NCBI GenBank assembly: GCA_043228905.1
Contig: JBHGNT010000007.1
Coordinates: 6,696,001 to 6,760,000, forward strand
Direction: 5' to 3'
From: Azolla caroliniana
Taxonomy: Eukaryota > Plantae > Polypodiophyta
DNA: 64,000 nt
Both the position numbers and the translations under genes were made by a program. The notes under the pieces are model-generated. The model had not been told where the DNA came from. It saw nothing but the letters and a program-made list of their open reading frames with translations, and did not search any database. Positions 27,927-40,438 of this stretch are shown here, piece by piece (the stretch's first letter is position 1; every line of letters begins with the position of its first letter).

Positions 27927-30900
27927 AGTAATGGCTCCTCCAACGGTCCTCCCCCTCCCCTCGATCTCCACCGTCCGATTCTCTTTCTTCTCTCCCTCTC
28001 TCTTTCATTTTCTTTTGGGTTCTTCTTTCTTTCCACACATTCCTCCTCAACGGATCTCTTTACACTTTTTATTATATTTTCCTTTTATGTACATATACAT
28101 ATATTGTATAGTTATTAGTGTGCAAAGTTTGATGCTGTTACTGTCCCTTCTATCCAACAAAAAGAAGAAGAAGATATAACACATTCTCTTCTTCTTCTTC
28201 TTCTTCTTCTTTTTCATATCCCTTCCCCACTCGTACAAGCCTCCTCCTGCCCAAACAAAAAGACCTCGGCCGACACAACACTATCATGTCCGTGGATCAT
28301 AAAAGGGCAGCTAGCTAGCTAGCTTTCACACTCCTCGTAGTAAAAATGCCTGCCTCTCATCTTTTGTCACCTGAAACCATGATTTTTGTCACCGTCTCGT
28401 GCCCTCCATTACCCCCCGAGCTTTTTTTAGAAACTTAGGGTAGCTTTTTGCAAGTGTAAAGCTGCTCTCTCACATGTGTCGGAAAAAAAAAAATTTCGAG
28501 TGCCAACCCGATGTTTTTAATACACCGTCATAAAGAGCTTTACGTTAAAGTTACTAGAGTAATAAAAAAAGAGCAAAAGGGTATGTGAATTCATTGGCTC
28601 CATTGTATATACCATTTCCATCGAGATGATAAATAAATATAAGATATACATATCCTAAACCTACCCGCACTCACTATCGCGCAACACATTGCAACTTCCA
28701 ATGCGATTATTTTATTGCAATTATTACGATTGCTTGCATTATTATAGTTTTCTCTATGGATTCCGCTAGCAATGTTTGCACTAATTGATAGGGATGACAA
28801 TGATTTCACGATCAATTGAACTACCCGAGTTTTCATAATTGTTTGCACTAGAGGAGATCTCACGATTCACTAGACTAGCAAAGTTTGAGGGTTATTTGCA
28901 ATACCAATGTTAACACAATTGCTTGAACTACTCAGAGATCCTCACAAAGTGAATGCACTTTTGTCATTTTCTTTATCTTTTGCTCTACGGCACAATCCAT
29001 TTTCTATTCCACCACTCAACTCCATCACTTTGATATACGTAGAGGAGCATTGATATCTTTATGTGCTTGGGTTTCGAGTTCCATCAACAAAATTGGACTC
29101 GCATTCTCATGAAAGTGTAACCTTTACTTTTTGAACCATGTGGAAACTCGTAGTAAGCATACGCTTCTAGTACATCATGCTTAGAAGTATGTCGATATTA
29201 CATTTGGCTTTGACTTAGAATTGATTTGGCCTCGACACTAGGAACAACCATCCATTGTTTCAGCCATAAATTAGAATGTCATGAAAGCGTACTAATGACG
29301 TCACTCCTGTAATTTAATATATTCATGGGTACTTGGAGGGATAATTATTTATGCTTTGCCCTCTCTACATTTGGCACATGCATTTATTTAATTGTTATTG
29401 ATTAAAAGAACCGTTTACTCTTGGAATGCATTCCATGTGTCACTATATCGACAACTTTCAATAGAATGACTACTCAGAGGTAACGAATAGTCGAAGATGT
29501 TTTATCAATGAACCATATGTGGTCGAGCGTCCCCATGTTGAAGCATTTAATGTAATCAAAGTTTGTCCATCTTTTTGCTCTTCGTCTTGCATTTCAACTT
29601 ATTTTCATATTCCTCCTCTTGTTGAACTCGTTTCTTATTCCACATTTTGGTTGTCTGAAAAATCAATGGCTATCACTATCATAATATACTCATTTAACTT
29701 TCAAGTCTCACTCGTCCTTTTCAGATTTTTTAGAGTTTCCACCCCTTATGCATTATGTGTAGGTATATTTTAGATGTTCCTTGATGACTGGGTCCACCTG
29801 ATATATTTTCAAGATGCTCAATGAAATTGAAGCAATGTGTATGTACATATATAAAGAGTTGGAATTGATTGCAAATTCATCAAGACCCTAACCCTTGTGA
29901 TTACTTGGGACCGCACAAATTGGTAACTACTTGTTCGTAATCCATCCCCTCCAGAAAGTGACATAGGAATATTTGCTCTTGTTTCGTGGAAATTGTGAAA
30001 TGATTAGATTTGTATTATTGGAAGCCAGTTTGCAGTACCCTTGTTGCAATGCTAGTTGCTAAATTGACATAAGAGTTTAGTCTTTAGAGACTTAAGTTGA
30101 AACTTAATGGCATACAATGTGATTAAAAAACTAAAAAATGGAGATGGAGATGGATCTCTCTCATTGTGAACATTTAGACAATTTGCATTGGCATAGATTT
30201 TGAATTCTCTCAAAGTAATGGTGGTTGAGAGGAGAAGGTTGAATCTCGTTCTAGTTGTATAATACATGAGACCATAGAGATGTGTATGGTATTAACGTAG
30301 TTGGAATATGTATCTCTTCCAAACAAGGTTATTCAACCTTTGGAGGATCTATCTTTCACGACATGTATTTCACACAAGGACATGCATTGCACATGCCCCA
30401 TCCAAATGTATGATGATGTGATGATTTACGTAATTAATTAGGGTAGGATTCACATTGAGTTGAGTTAAAAACTATCCTCCATGTAAAGGTGACAATATCC
30501 AATCTCAATTTCAAGCATTCTATAAGTTCTTTGACAATGCAAGGCCCATCCATATGTTTAGTACTATGACAATGACAATATTTTTGAATCCAAAGATAAT
30601 CGTTAACAGAATTTCTACGAATCTTGTAGGTTTAATCTTTGATTACAAACATTTTATCATATGCAAGACACTCAATCCACATACTAAGTGACAAAATTCA
30701 TGCTTGATTTTGGACAATTCTAATTCATTAAACAACACTTGAGTTTGAACTGAACGAAGAGTTCATGATTGTGAGTCAATTGGGCTGACTTGCTTTAATG
30801 GATGAGGTAATTAATTGACAAATTGAATATGATCCCAATCAATCGACCAAGAGTTGATAAAATCAAACAAAACCTAGCCACTTGACCAGGGTTCTCGAAC

Positions 30901-31164
30901 ACAAAACATGGCACTGCTTCTAGCACCTTCTAGAGGAGATTGAGACTGTCATTGAGTTTCAACCCCCCCCCCCCCCCCCAAGTAATGATGTTAAAGAAAA
31001 CTAGAAACACTTAAAAGATCTCATCCTTGAAGTAGGATATCAACACTTTCGAATGTGTGTTGGTGGACATAAAAGATCTAGATTCCCATGTAATTATTGG
31101 TTTGATGAGGAATGTAAGCTATATCTCAAACTATACAAGTTTGCAAAAGGAGAAACTTGAATGA

Positions 31165-32124
31165 ACCATGTGTATCATACGTGTGTTCGCATTCGAGAAT
31201 GATTCAATCAAACGTGTATGGTAAATCATCTCAATGTTGGATCGGATTGGATTGACAAGTTGGATTGGATTGACTATGGTCTATATTATATATTGATTCA
31301 CTCTCAATCCCAATAAGTGGACTCTAATCCATTGTGAACCACCAACATAAGTATGGTTGCAATATTTGCATTGTATCACATGCATACTTTTGGGATGCTT
31401 CTTAAGAATCAAGACATCTCTATCATCCTCACTTTAGAACTTTACAAAAAAATGAGTATGAACTATAGAGATTGAATCAAATATGTCATTATAAATTATA
31501 ATCAAATGTTCAAAAACTCATAAAACATACATTCGAGAATATGAAGAAAATATGACATAGGCAATAGTAACATAACAACTTATCACTAGGGTGAGCTGAT
31601 TTCTAATAACAAAGAAAGAAAGAAAAAGAAGAAAAAAGAAACGATAAAAAACTCATAAAACATATATTCGAGAATATGAAGAAAACATGACATAGGCAGT
31701 AGTAGAATAAAAATTTACCATTAGGGTGAGCTACTTTCTAATAACAAAGGAAGAAAAAAAAAAGTAACATGACAATAACAAGAGGATATGAGAAAGTTGA
31801 GAATTTAACTCAAGACACGAGCAACAATAGCATAGCAACTTACCACTAGGTTAAGCTCAATTCTAATAACAAAATATGAAAAAAATAACCAAAAAACTAA
31901 TATAAAATTTTGCCATGGTACTAACAAGGGAGAGATGAGAAAATTGGGACTCAAACCCAAGACACAAACAACAATAGCATGTCTCGTTACCACTAGAATG
32001 ACTTGGATTTGTGATAAAAACATGAAAAAGAAGAACAAAAAAGGAACATGTATTTTTCCCTTTTCAAACGTGTTCGTTTTCAAACGTTTGAATGCTTGCA
32101 CGAACACGAATATTACGTTCTATG
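31165..32124. mobile_element. Non-autonomous element (about 960 bp, with internal tandem repeats) inserted in the LINE
   Basis: The LINE frame (…KFAKGESE.VIA.HQYKKVVRRKKSQY) is restored when the insert is removed. Its ends resemble the reverse complement of 34668-34947. Internal repeats of about 135 bp lie at about 31510-31770, with more diverged copies to about 32030. Confidence 0.7.
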
Positions 32125-33248
32125 GGAGAAAGTGAATGAGTCATAGCATGACACCAATATAAAAAGGTGGTGAGGAGAAAGAAAAGCCAATACATCCAAA
32201 TGCAATAAAAGAAAAAGAAGGAAGTTATCAATGGTGAATTTACAAATGAAGAGATGTTAGAATATGTACAAAGCCTATATGAGCATGAGGGAGTGACTCT
32301 TATGGTTGAGAACATTGAAACACTTTTGTAATACATGCATTGATCTTGAAGATGACATTAAGGGAATAAAGAAGATGGCTAAGGGAAAAACAACCGATGT
32401 AACTCTCATTACAAGTGAGGTCTTAAAATGGACAATGCTAATTACGCATTATTGGAACATGGCTATCATAGATCAAGCTATTAAACCAGGTTTGTCAAAT
32501 GATTGGCTCAAGAATTGGATTAAGCCAAAATTTAAAGCACGAGATAAAAATAAAGTATCAAATTATTGTACAATCATGGTGAGCTTAGCTATTGCTAAAT
32601 TGTATAACAATATCATGGAGCAAAAGGTAAGTGCATGGGTTGATAGTCAAAACAAATGAGTACTTGGGCAAACAGGTTAGACCAAAACACTCCACAATAG
32701 ATCATCTTGTTACATTAAGAGTAATTATGGAAGAGAGTTGACTACAATTTTGGGGGAAAAAGAAAAGAAAAGAAAGTTGACTACGAGGAAAGACACCCTC
32801 TTGTTGCTTTGTTGATTTCAAAAAGCATTTGATACAATACCATGAAGTGAGCTTTGGAATAGAATGGTGGAAATTGGCATTCCATTAGAGTATCGAGTTG
32901 TCATTACACGATTATACGAGCAAGTTAGATGCTAACTAAAAACTAAGAATGGTTTATCAAAACACTTTTCAAGTAACACGGGGGTTAAGCAAGGATGGCC
33001 ATTATGACCTACACTCTTTAGTTTATGCATTGAGAAATTGGAAGAAGTGGTGAATAAGGTTGAAAAAGAGGAAGGATTAGATGCCCTGAAACTTATACAA
33101 CAAGTTATCGTATTGATTTTATATGTAGATGACATGGTTATCTTTTTATATGATATTGATGGTATGCAACGTTTATTTGGAGCATTAGAAGCATTTTGCC
33201 AAAGCAGTGGACTAACTGTAATTATGGATAAAACAAAAATGATGGTAG

Positions 33249-33407
33249 TGTTGAATACGGGTCTCTAATGGCCGTATTCACACCGTCCCTTTGGACAGTA
33301 TAGTTTTATGACATCTTTGTAAATATGTCAAAGGGAAATTGCCGTAAATAAAATTGTTACATAGTGTGCCTCTTGCTCTCTGTAGTGCAAACCATCTAGT
33401 CTCACCA
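33249..33407 (+). repeat. Truncated copia LTR fragment of the A1/A2 family inside the LINE
   Basis: TGTTGAATACGGGTCTCTAATGGCCGTATTCACACCGTCCC...GTAAATATGTCAAAGGGAAATTGCC aligns with the LTR start at 3110. It is internally deleted and no TSD is visible. Confidence 0.65.
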
Positions 33408-33529
33408 ATACCTACCACAAATAAATGGAGCGTATGCTTTGAGTCTAGACTTCAAGTTGGTTGGAAAAGTTATTAAGTGTTGGAAAATAAATGCAACCAC
33501 AATGATACTCATGGATGGGAAGTGAAACT

Positions 33530-33999
33530 TGTTAAGAACTAGGCAATTAACTAAGGGTTAATTAGTGTCTAATTATGTTAGTAGTTAATCACACATGTGA
33601 TTAAGCAACGAAAGGTTGTGTGATATGTGGTGTATGTGTGAGAGAGAAAGAGGAAGTTACACTAATGAACATACACAATAAGGGATGATTAATGAGAGTA
33701 TAGCTTAACAACTTTTCTCTATATTAAAAAACATCAAATCCACAGATACCCACAATGTGGTATATATATATGTACATCTCATGTGCAAGGGTGCACATGT
33801 GCAATGAGAATATAGGTACAAGGATGTAAGTCCTATATTAAATGAACTCGGGAGTGGGAGATTTTGAATGTATCCCATTCAAGTACAAAATCCTATTTAA
33901 GGGTTTGAATTCAACACACTAATTAGATTCTATTTATGTAACTACGAAGTTACATAAGTGACAAAATAATTAAACCTAGTTGAGCTTGATATCTCAACA
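33530..33999. mobile_element. Solo LTR (470 bp) inserted in the LINE
   Basis: TGTTAAGA...TCTCAACA inverted termini and near-TSD AAACT/ATACT. Removing it restores WEVKLLLFNAMVT.VLLYGVELWG. Confidence 0.75.
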
Positions 34000-34667
34000 A
34001 TACTATTGTTATTTAATGCCATGGTAACATAAGTTTTGCTTTATGGAGTAGAATTGTGGGGATGCAATATATCTCTTAATGCATGGAATGAGATAATTGG
34101 GAGTTAAATCCGTTGGATCCTATTAAGGTATGCTCTTGGAAACAAGTGTTCAACCTATAGAGATATTAACGCTATAGAGAGTATATAGATATATTACAAA
34201 AGTCAAGAATATGCCAAATCATAGATCGCCACATATTGATTGGAATGTTGGATGTAAACTACAAAAGAATCACAAAGAGCAAAATTCTCTCATTTGGTTG
34301 AGTAGTTGATATCAAAAGATGGTTCAAAAGATGGGATATGGAAGATCTCCTAGAGCTTCTAAGTGATGCTATGAAAAATATGTAGTTATCGAGGAAAGAT
34401 TAACGAACCCACTAAGGAAGAAGTGGAAAGGTGCTAAAAGGACAAATATGAGAAGATTACATTGCAAACATCAATCGTGAATGTTGGGTTCTACATAAGG
34501 CAAGAAGGCATGGCCTATTGATCGTATTCAATCTTACCTCATTATTTAACTTGAGTATTAATTCTCGTAGAGCCCTAACACTACTTGACACTCAATCACA
34601 CAACCTAGGTATTGAATCAAAATCAGCCAAATATAAAGGCATGTCAAGTTTCTAAGTCAACAGTCGG

Positions 34668-34947
34668 CCATAGTACGTAATATTCGTGTTCGTTAGCCCA
34701 AACATTCGTTTTCATACGTATGAAAACGAATGCGTATAATATTAAAACATTCGTGTGTTTGTGTGTGTGTTTTTTTTAAACACTTTTTACCTTAACTTTC
34801 TTACCTAAAAAAAGCAAATTATCTTATAATAAATAATGAGTGCAAAAGTATGGTATTTAGTATTTACCATACTTCGAGGGTGTTTTTTCGTACGCGAATG
34901 ATAAGAATATACGAGAATGCGAATGGCACGTATGCTTCTTACTATGG
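34668..34947. mobile_element. MITE-like element (280 bp) just upstream of the heme-oxygenase-like gene
   Basis: Terminal inverted repeats CCATAGTA...TACTATGG and an internal palindrome CATTCGTTTTCATACGTATGAAAACGAATG. Its ends are related to 31165-32124 in the opposite orientation. Confidence 0.65.
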
Positions 34948-35088
34948 TCCAACTCAGGACTACTAGAGGATGAGTATCACTCGCTTTTTACATGCTCTCC
35001 ATGTACATAGTGCAAATCCTGCAACACAAAAGAGTGGCTACTTCTTTTTAACTCCCCTGAAACGCAAACGCAAACGCAAACGCAAACT

Positions 35089-38000
35089 ATGCCTGTTGCC
35101 GCCTGTGGGAGCTTATTCGTGGTCCCTGTCTCTCAGAAGGGCTTTGGAGCAGGATCTTCGAACAAGAAGAAGAAGCAAGCACCATCCCCACAGAAAGGAA
35201 ATGGAGTCCTTCCAACTTCTTCCTCTGATGAGAAGAAGCAGAAGAAAGCAGTTGTCCTCAGAGAAGGGTCTCAAGAGCTTCATGGTGTTCTCAAATCCGT
35301 GGAAAAGGTTGTTTCTCATACCAAATTTCTATTCTTTCCTTCTTTCTCTCTCCCTGTCTCCCTGTATGTGTGTAACAATTTCTAGCTGTTAATCATCAGG
35401 AAATTTAAATAAATGATTAATTTATTTCCCAATCACTGCAAGAAAGAAGTTGCCTTCATGGCTTCAAAGAGTCACCAAATCTATGAAAAGGTCGTTTCTT
35501 ACAGAAAAACTCAGTTATTTTTTGTGTTTAATAACTCAGGAGAGGAATGACAAATTGTAGCAGTAGATCGTTTTTAAATGTAAGAAACTCAAAGTGCCAC
35601 AAAAATCTGTGGAACAAGGTTTCTCTTTGATATCACTTTTGTGTTAATTCTGAAGGGAATGGAAAGCTTCAGCAGCAGATAGTATTTAAAATCAAAACCA
35701 GGCTTAGGTTTCCTTCTTAAATACAAGAAAACAAGTATCCTCCGTGAAGTCCTGTAAGAGCTTCATAGCGTCATCGCAAATGCTTGGTTCTTATACTAAG
35801 TTTCAGCAAGGGAATGAAAATTTATAGCAGTAGATTTTCTGGAGTTTTTTTAACCAATTTGGAATATCACCTTCAGCAGACTGGAAAACTATCGTTATTG
35901 GATAAAGAGAAGTGCTCAAGCTTCCATAGATCCTATTTGCTATGCTGATATGGTTCCACCTTATATAATATTATCTTCCCTGCACTTTAGTTTTTCATTT
36001 AGTATCATAATTTGTATGTAATCTAAATGCAGGATCATGCTAAAGGACGTAATAGTAAACTGAACATAGACAACGACATTGCAGCAAAGGGAAAAGTAGA
36101 TTTTGTGAAAGTTGAATCATGGGGAGATGCTAGCAGTAGTCAAGGTGATCTTGATAATCTGAAAGTAAAAGCTTTCAGTCCAGCTTTTACTTCAACTGAT
36201 ATGGATGCTCCCTTCTATGAAAGACTTGTTTACCATCTTCAATTGTTGGAGAGTAAGGTGCACTTTCTACTTTATGCTTACTAGAAGTGTTTTTTTGAAA
36301 ACAATAGCTCCTCCCTCGATGCCATTATTTACATGAATTTTGTCATGGCTTTGACTTGTGTAAGGTGATATTAAGCTTTGTATTCTAGCCTCTAGGCTTC
36401 ATTTAAAAAATAGTTTTCTGAGATAAATGGCAAATTTTCTTTATGCCTCAGTAAAATATACTCCATGCTCTGATAAAACCTTTATGAAAAATAATTTCAT
36501 GAGTTGGAGATCCTCAAACGCTGATCTGGAATTGTTCTACAGTGGTTATATTTGGTTGTCACATAAAAGACTTGACAACTCATTCCAGCCAACTCTTTAC
36601 TTGGACCATGGACATTTTTATGTCGAGGTTGATGAATGCTATGCATTAACATTGAGCAATGGAGGTCGATTAAAGAAGCATTATCAGCCAGACCTCAATC
36701 CTACCATTTAGCATTTGCCATATTGAGGTACTAGGCTTACCAATGTATGGAAAAGCTTAATTGCTAATTCTTAGGTTATCAGCATTGATGTAACAAGAGA
36801 AGCAGAACTATGGCGATGACTAAACTTGAGCAATGAAGGATGCGGAATTTAGAAGTTGTTTATAGCCATGATGAAAAATAGAGGGGACACCTAATGAGAT
36901 TACACTAGAAATTAAGAAGGGTCTAGCTCAGAAGTAGTTTAGAATTATGCATTGATGTAACAAGAGAAGCAGAACTATGGCGATGACTAAACTTGACTAA
37001 ACTAGAAATTAATTTAGAAGTTGTTTATCGGCATTGATGTAACAAGAGAAGCAGAACTATGGTGATGACTAAACTTGAGCTATGAAGGATGTGGAACTTA
37101 GAAGTTGTTTATAAAATTATAGCCATGATGAAAAATAGAGGGGACACCTAATGAGATTACACTAGAAATTAAGAAGGGTCTAGCTTACAAGTAGTTTAGA
37201 ATTATGCATTTAGCTATCCAGAAATCTCATGCAGCTTGAGTTTGATGGAAAACTTGAACGCAGAAGTTAAGATAGCATCATGGATCTCACGATTGAGAAG
37301 CTGCCATAGTAGGGGTTGCACAGTGAACGGATGCAATAATTAAAGAAGTGGGAGTGGAACGGGAGCATAGATTTCTTCAGATGGGTGGATCATGTTCAAT
37401 AATGCAATGGACAAAAGATTATTAAAATCACTAAAGAAAAACCTAAATGAGTGTCTCCAATGCTTGTGAAGAAAATTCTGAAGTAACTGGATGACAGATA
37501 TTTTGAGATTATCTGATTATGATCAAAAGGACCATGGACAAAAAAAACTTATGAACAAGCTAAATGAGCTCAAATGCTAATGAAGAAAACTGGCTCGATA
37601 CATTTGTCTTCAATTTTGACAACATTTGACACAATATTTTGGTTCTTTTGTAGGGTGATATATCAGTAGTGCAGGCACAATCTCTACCACAATTCCAGAA
37701 CTGGGCTTTTGGAGAAAATCGATATCTCCAATACCTCATTGATCAGGTGATATATCTCAATCAATGCCTTCTGAGCACATGCGATGAATCTGACTTGAAA
37801 TTTGAAGCCTCTAAATTATCTGATGTTTTGTAGCATGCAGTTTTTGATGCTTTGAGATTCAGCATATCAAGTCTACAAAATTCAATCAGTACTGATGCTG
37901 GTCTGTCATGTCAAGATGCAGAAACCAAGAAATCAGCTATGGCAGTGGGATTGTTTAATGAGGCCCTAGGCCTTGATAGATGTGAGGTTGAATTGCTTTC

Positions 38001-40438
38001 CTTTCAATTTTGATATTCAATCTAAGCATTTTAATTCCTTAGTTTGTGACCTCAGAATGAAAGACCTATGCTCCAAATTGTCTGATTTGATTGGATGCCA
38101 AGGTTTTCCAAAACTTTGAGAAATTGAGTAGAATATAAATGCTATCCTTGTTGATGAATATGGTCATCAACAACACCACAATCTGTATCTTTTAAGGTGA
38201 AAGAATAATGATTAGTCCTTTTATGAAAATGCTGAATATGAGAAAGAGAGAGAAAATTTAAGGGGGATACAAAATAGCCCCTTGATGTATAACCGAAGCA
38301 ATGTCTGTGATGTTTGAAAGTGACATTTCAATTTTTATCGACATTTTGAAACCATACTCTTTAGAAATAAAAGAAAAAGGAAAAGAAACAAAAGGTGAAG
38401 CCTAGGGAAACTACTTGTAGAGGGCTGCATCAAAATGGCAGAGAAACTGTGGAAGGTAGGTATGAAGTGGCTATGAAGGAGACCATGTTATTGCTTTCAT
38501 CCAGAACTTACTTTCTGAAATGAAAGAGGTTCTCCATTCCTGTAATAATGATTAGGAGCCTGTGTACGATGTTTTAAACTACTACCTTGATACTATAGTA
38601 TTTGCGAAAAAAAAGAAAATAGAAAAGAAACAGAAGGTTAAGACTAGGGAAACTATGAGTAGAGTGTATGGAGTGGCTCTGAAGGAGAGACCATGCCATT
38701 ATTTTCGTGCTTTCTGAAATGAAAGGGGTTTTCCATTACCATAATAATTGTTAGCACGCTGTATATGATGTTTGAAAGTGATATTTTGACACTATACTTT
38801 ACGAAAAAAGAAAAAGAAAAAGAAGGTTAATACTAGGCCTCTACAAGTAGAGGGCTGCACCAAGATGAAACAGAAATTGTGCAAGGTAGGTATGAAGTGG
38901 TGTCAAGTAAATAATGCTATTGCATTTGTTCAAAACTTACTTTCTGAAAATGAAAGTGGTTTCCATTACCATAATAATGCTTAGCACACGTTTGCCTTTG
39001 TTACAAAAAAGAAAATTTCAAGTTCTTTCATAAATCATGCAACGTCCTGTAATAGTCATATTTTGAAAGCAAACATTGCTGGTCATATTTTGTTAATTTT
39101 TGCCAATCTTGAAAGCAGACCAGTGCTACAGAACTTTATCTCTTCATAATCTTTGTAACTTTGAACTCCTTTTCATTCTAATGCAGGCTTTGAGCAATGA
39201 TATCAAGTCTTTATCTATGGCCATGAGTGCTGGAAGTACTAAAGATTTGGAGCTGCCAAAACCGACCACTCAGACAGTTGCTTATGTGAAGGTTGGCCTG
39301 AAGACATATTGAATAATTGAATAATTATAGGATTAAGGACTGAATATAATCATTTTAATTTGATTTGCAGTATTTAAATCAACTTGCTAGAGCTGCAAGC
39401 AATGAGAATGATGGAAAGCAAGCATGCCTGAGTATATTGGCTCATATCTTTACAATCTATGTGACTCATCTGACTACAGGTGTGTAACAATCTTACAGAA
39501 AAATATAAAGAAAGAAAGAAAAAGTAGTGTTGTCTAACACCCGTAATAATATGTCCACAGGTTATAAACATTAGAATGCCTACATTTGAAACATTGTATT
39601 AACCTCTAGTTGAGCACTTCTTCCAGAAAAGAGAGTCTGGTAATGGCCGTTTCGCACCAGCCATGCAATGCTCCTTGCCCAATTGCAAGAATTCTACCAG
39701 ATCAAAGTTAAAATAAAACGAAGTTAACACATATTTTGTGTCCGATTTTCACATTTGCATTATTGTGAAATATTGAATTCGCACCACAGCATATCTAAAA
39801 TATTTGTTTGATCTTTAGGAATGCGGATAGGTGCGAAAGCTTTGGATTGTCTTCCAGTTCTGAAGCAGGCAAAAGGAGTCAATTTTTATCGAGACTATCC
39901 TGAGGTCAGTATGAGTGACTGTAATCTAGTGTTAGAGTTGATCATGACTCAAGAAGAAGATCAGAACCTGGATGATCCTGACATAGGTTTTTTCTTTGTT
40001 ATCAGCATGTGAAAGACCCGTTAAAGATCTTCATTGCTTCAATCAATAAGATCACAGATTTCGTTTCTTTAAAAGAAGACCAAGAGCAGGTATGTCTGAA
40101 GAATTATAATAGAAAAATACCAAAAATCCCTACTTTTTGACTGTATTTAACAAACAAGTACTGGGACACCCTTGTAGTGGTAAAATGTCTAAAAACCAAG
40201 TGGTTTTGACGTAAATGGAGAAACAAGGTAGGGGTGTTTTCCCATAGCTGGATATTAGTTGATGCCAGTCATATTTTGATGTTTTTCCCCTAACTGGATA
40301 TTATATAAGAAAATGGTATGTTCCTTCAACTATTCTCAGGTGATGGAAGAACTCCCAAAAGCGATGCAAAAGACCAGTCTGCTACTTGTAACGCTTGCTG
40401 TCCAAGAACGAGACTTGATCCATGAAAATGTACATTAG
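35089..40438 (+). CDS. Divergent heme-oxygenase-fold protein (HY1/HO1-related, probably plastid-targeted), 9 exons, about 390 aa
   Basis: Exons 35089-35307, 36033-36257, 37654-37746, 37834-37986, 39187-39291, 39371-39479, 39819-39904, 40006-40089 and 40340-40438 (1173 nt, all GT-AG, open frame). Colinear similarity to plant HO1 as recalled: W..GENRYLQYLIDQHAVFDAL, GLDRCEALSNDI, LPKPTTQTVAYVKYLNQLA, LAHIFTIYVTHLTTGMRIGAK, VNFY, EDQEQVMEELPKAMQKTSLLL. The N-terminus carries a KGFG motif. The start codon is less certain. Confidence 0.82.
36780..37212. repeat. Intronic tandem/partial duplications in the HO-like gene
   Basis: GCATTGATGTAACAAGAGAAGCAGAACTATGG.GATGACTAAACTTGA occurs three times (about 36782, 36948, 37031). 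ATAGCCATGATGAAAAATAGAGGGGACACCTAATGAG occurs twice. Confidence 0.85.

Larger units (their letters stand above)
30900..34620 (+). mobile_element. Decayed non-LTR retrotransposon (RTE-like LINE) interrupted by three insertions
   Basis: WFDEECK linker, RT motifs WIKPKFK..DKNKVSNYCTI, HSTIDHLVTLR, CCFVDFKKAFD, GVKQGWPL.PTLFSL, LYVDDMVI and GLTVIMDKTKMMV, and downstream LLYGVELWG. Many stops. Outer boundaries are approximate. Confidence 0.85.

Noticed and set aside
27527-28238. Many short ORFs (MYVCMYVC..., HTYIHTYI..., poly-K/F)
   Set aside because: They are translations of (CATA)n, (CTT)n and (CT)n microsatellites and show no coding signal.
27000-28400. Possible miRNA precursor upstream of the GH3 gene
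   Set aside because: I found no conserved plant miRNA sequence and no convincing long hairpin by eye. An RNAfold scan plus small-RNA data would be needed.
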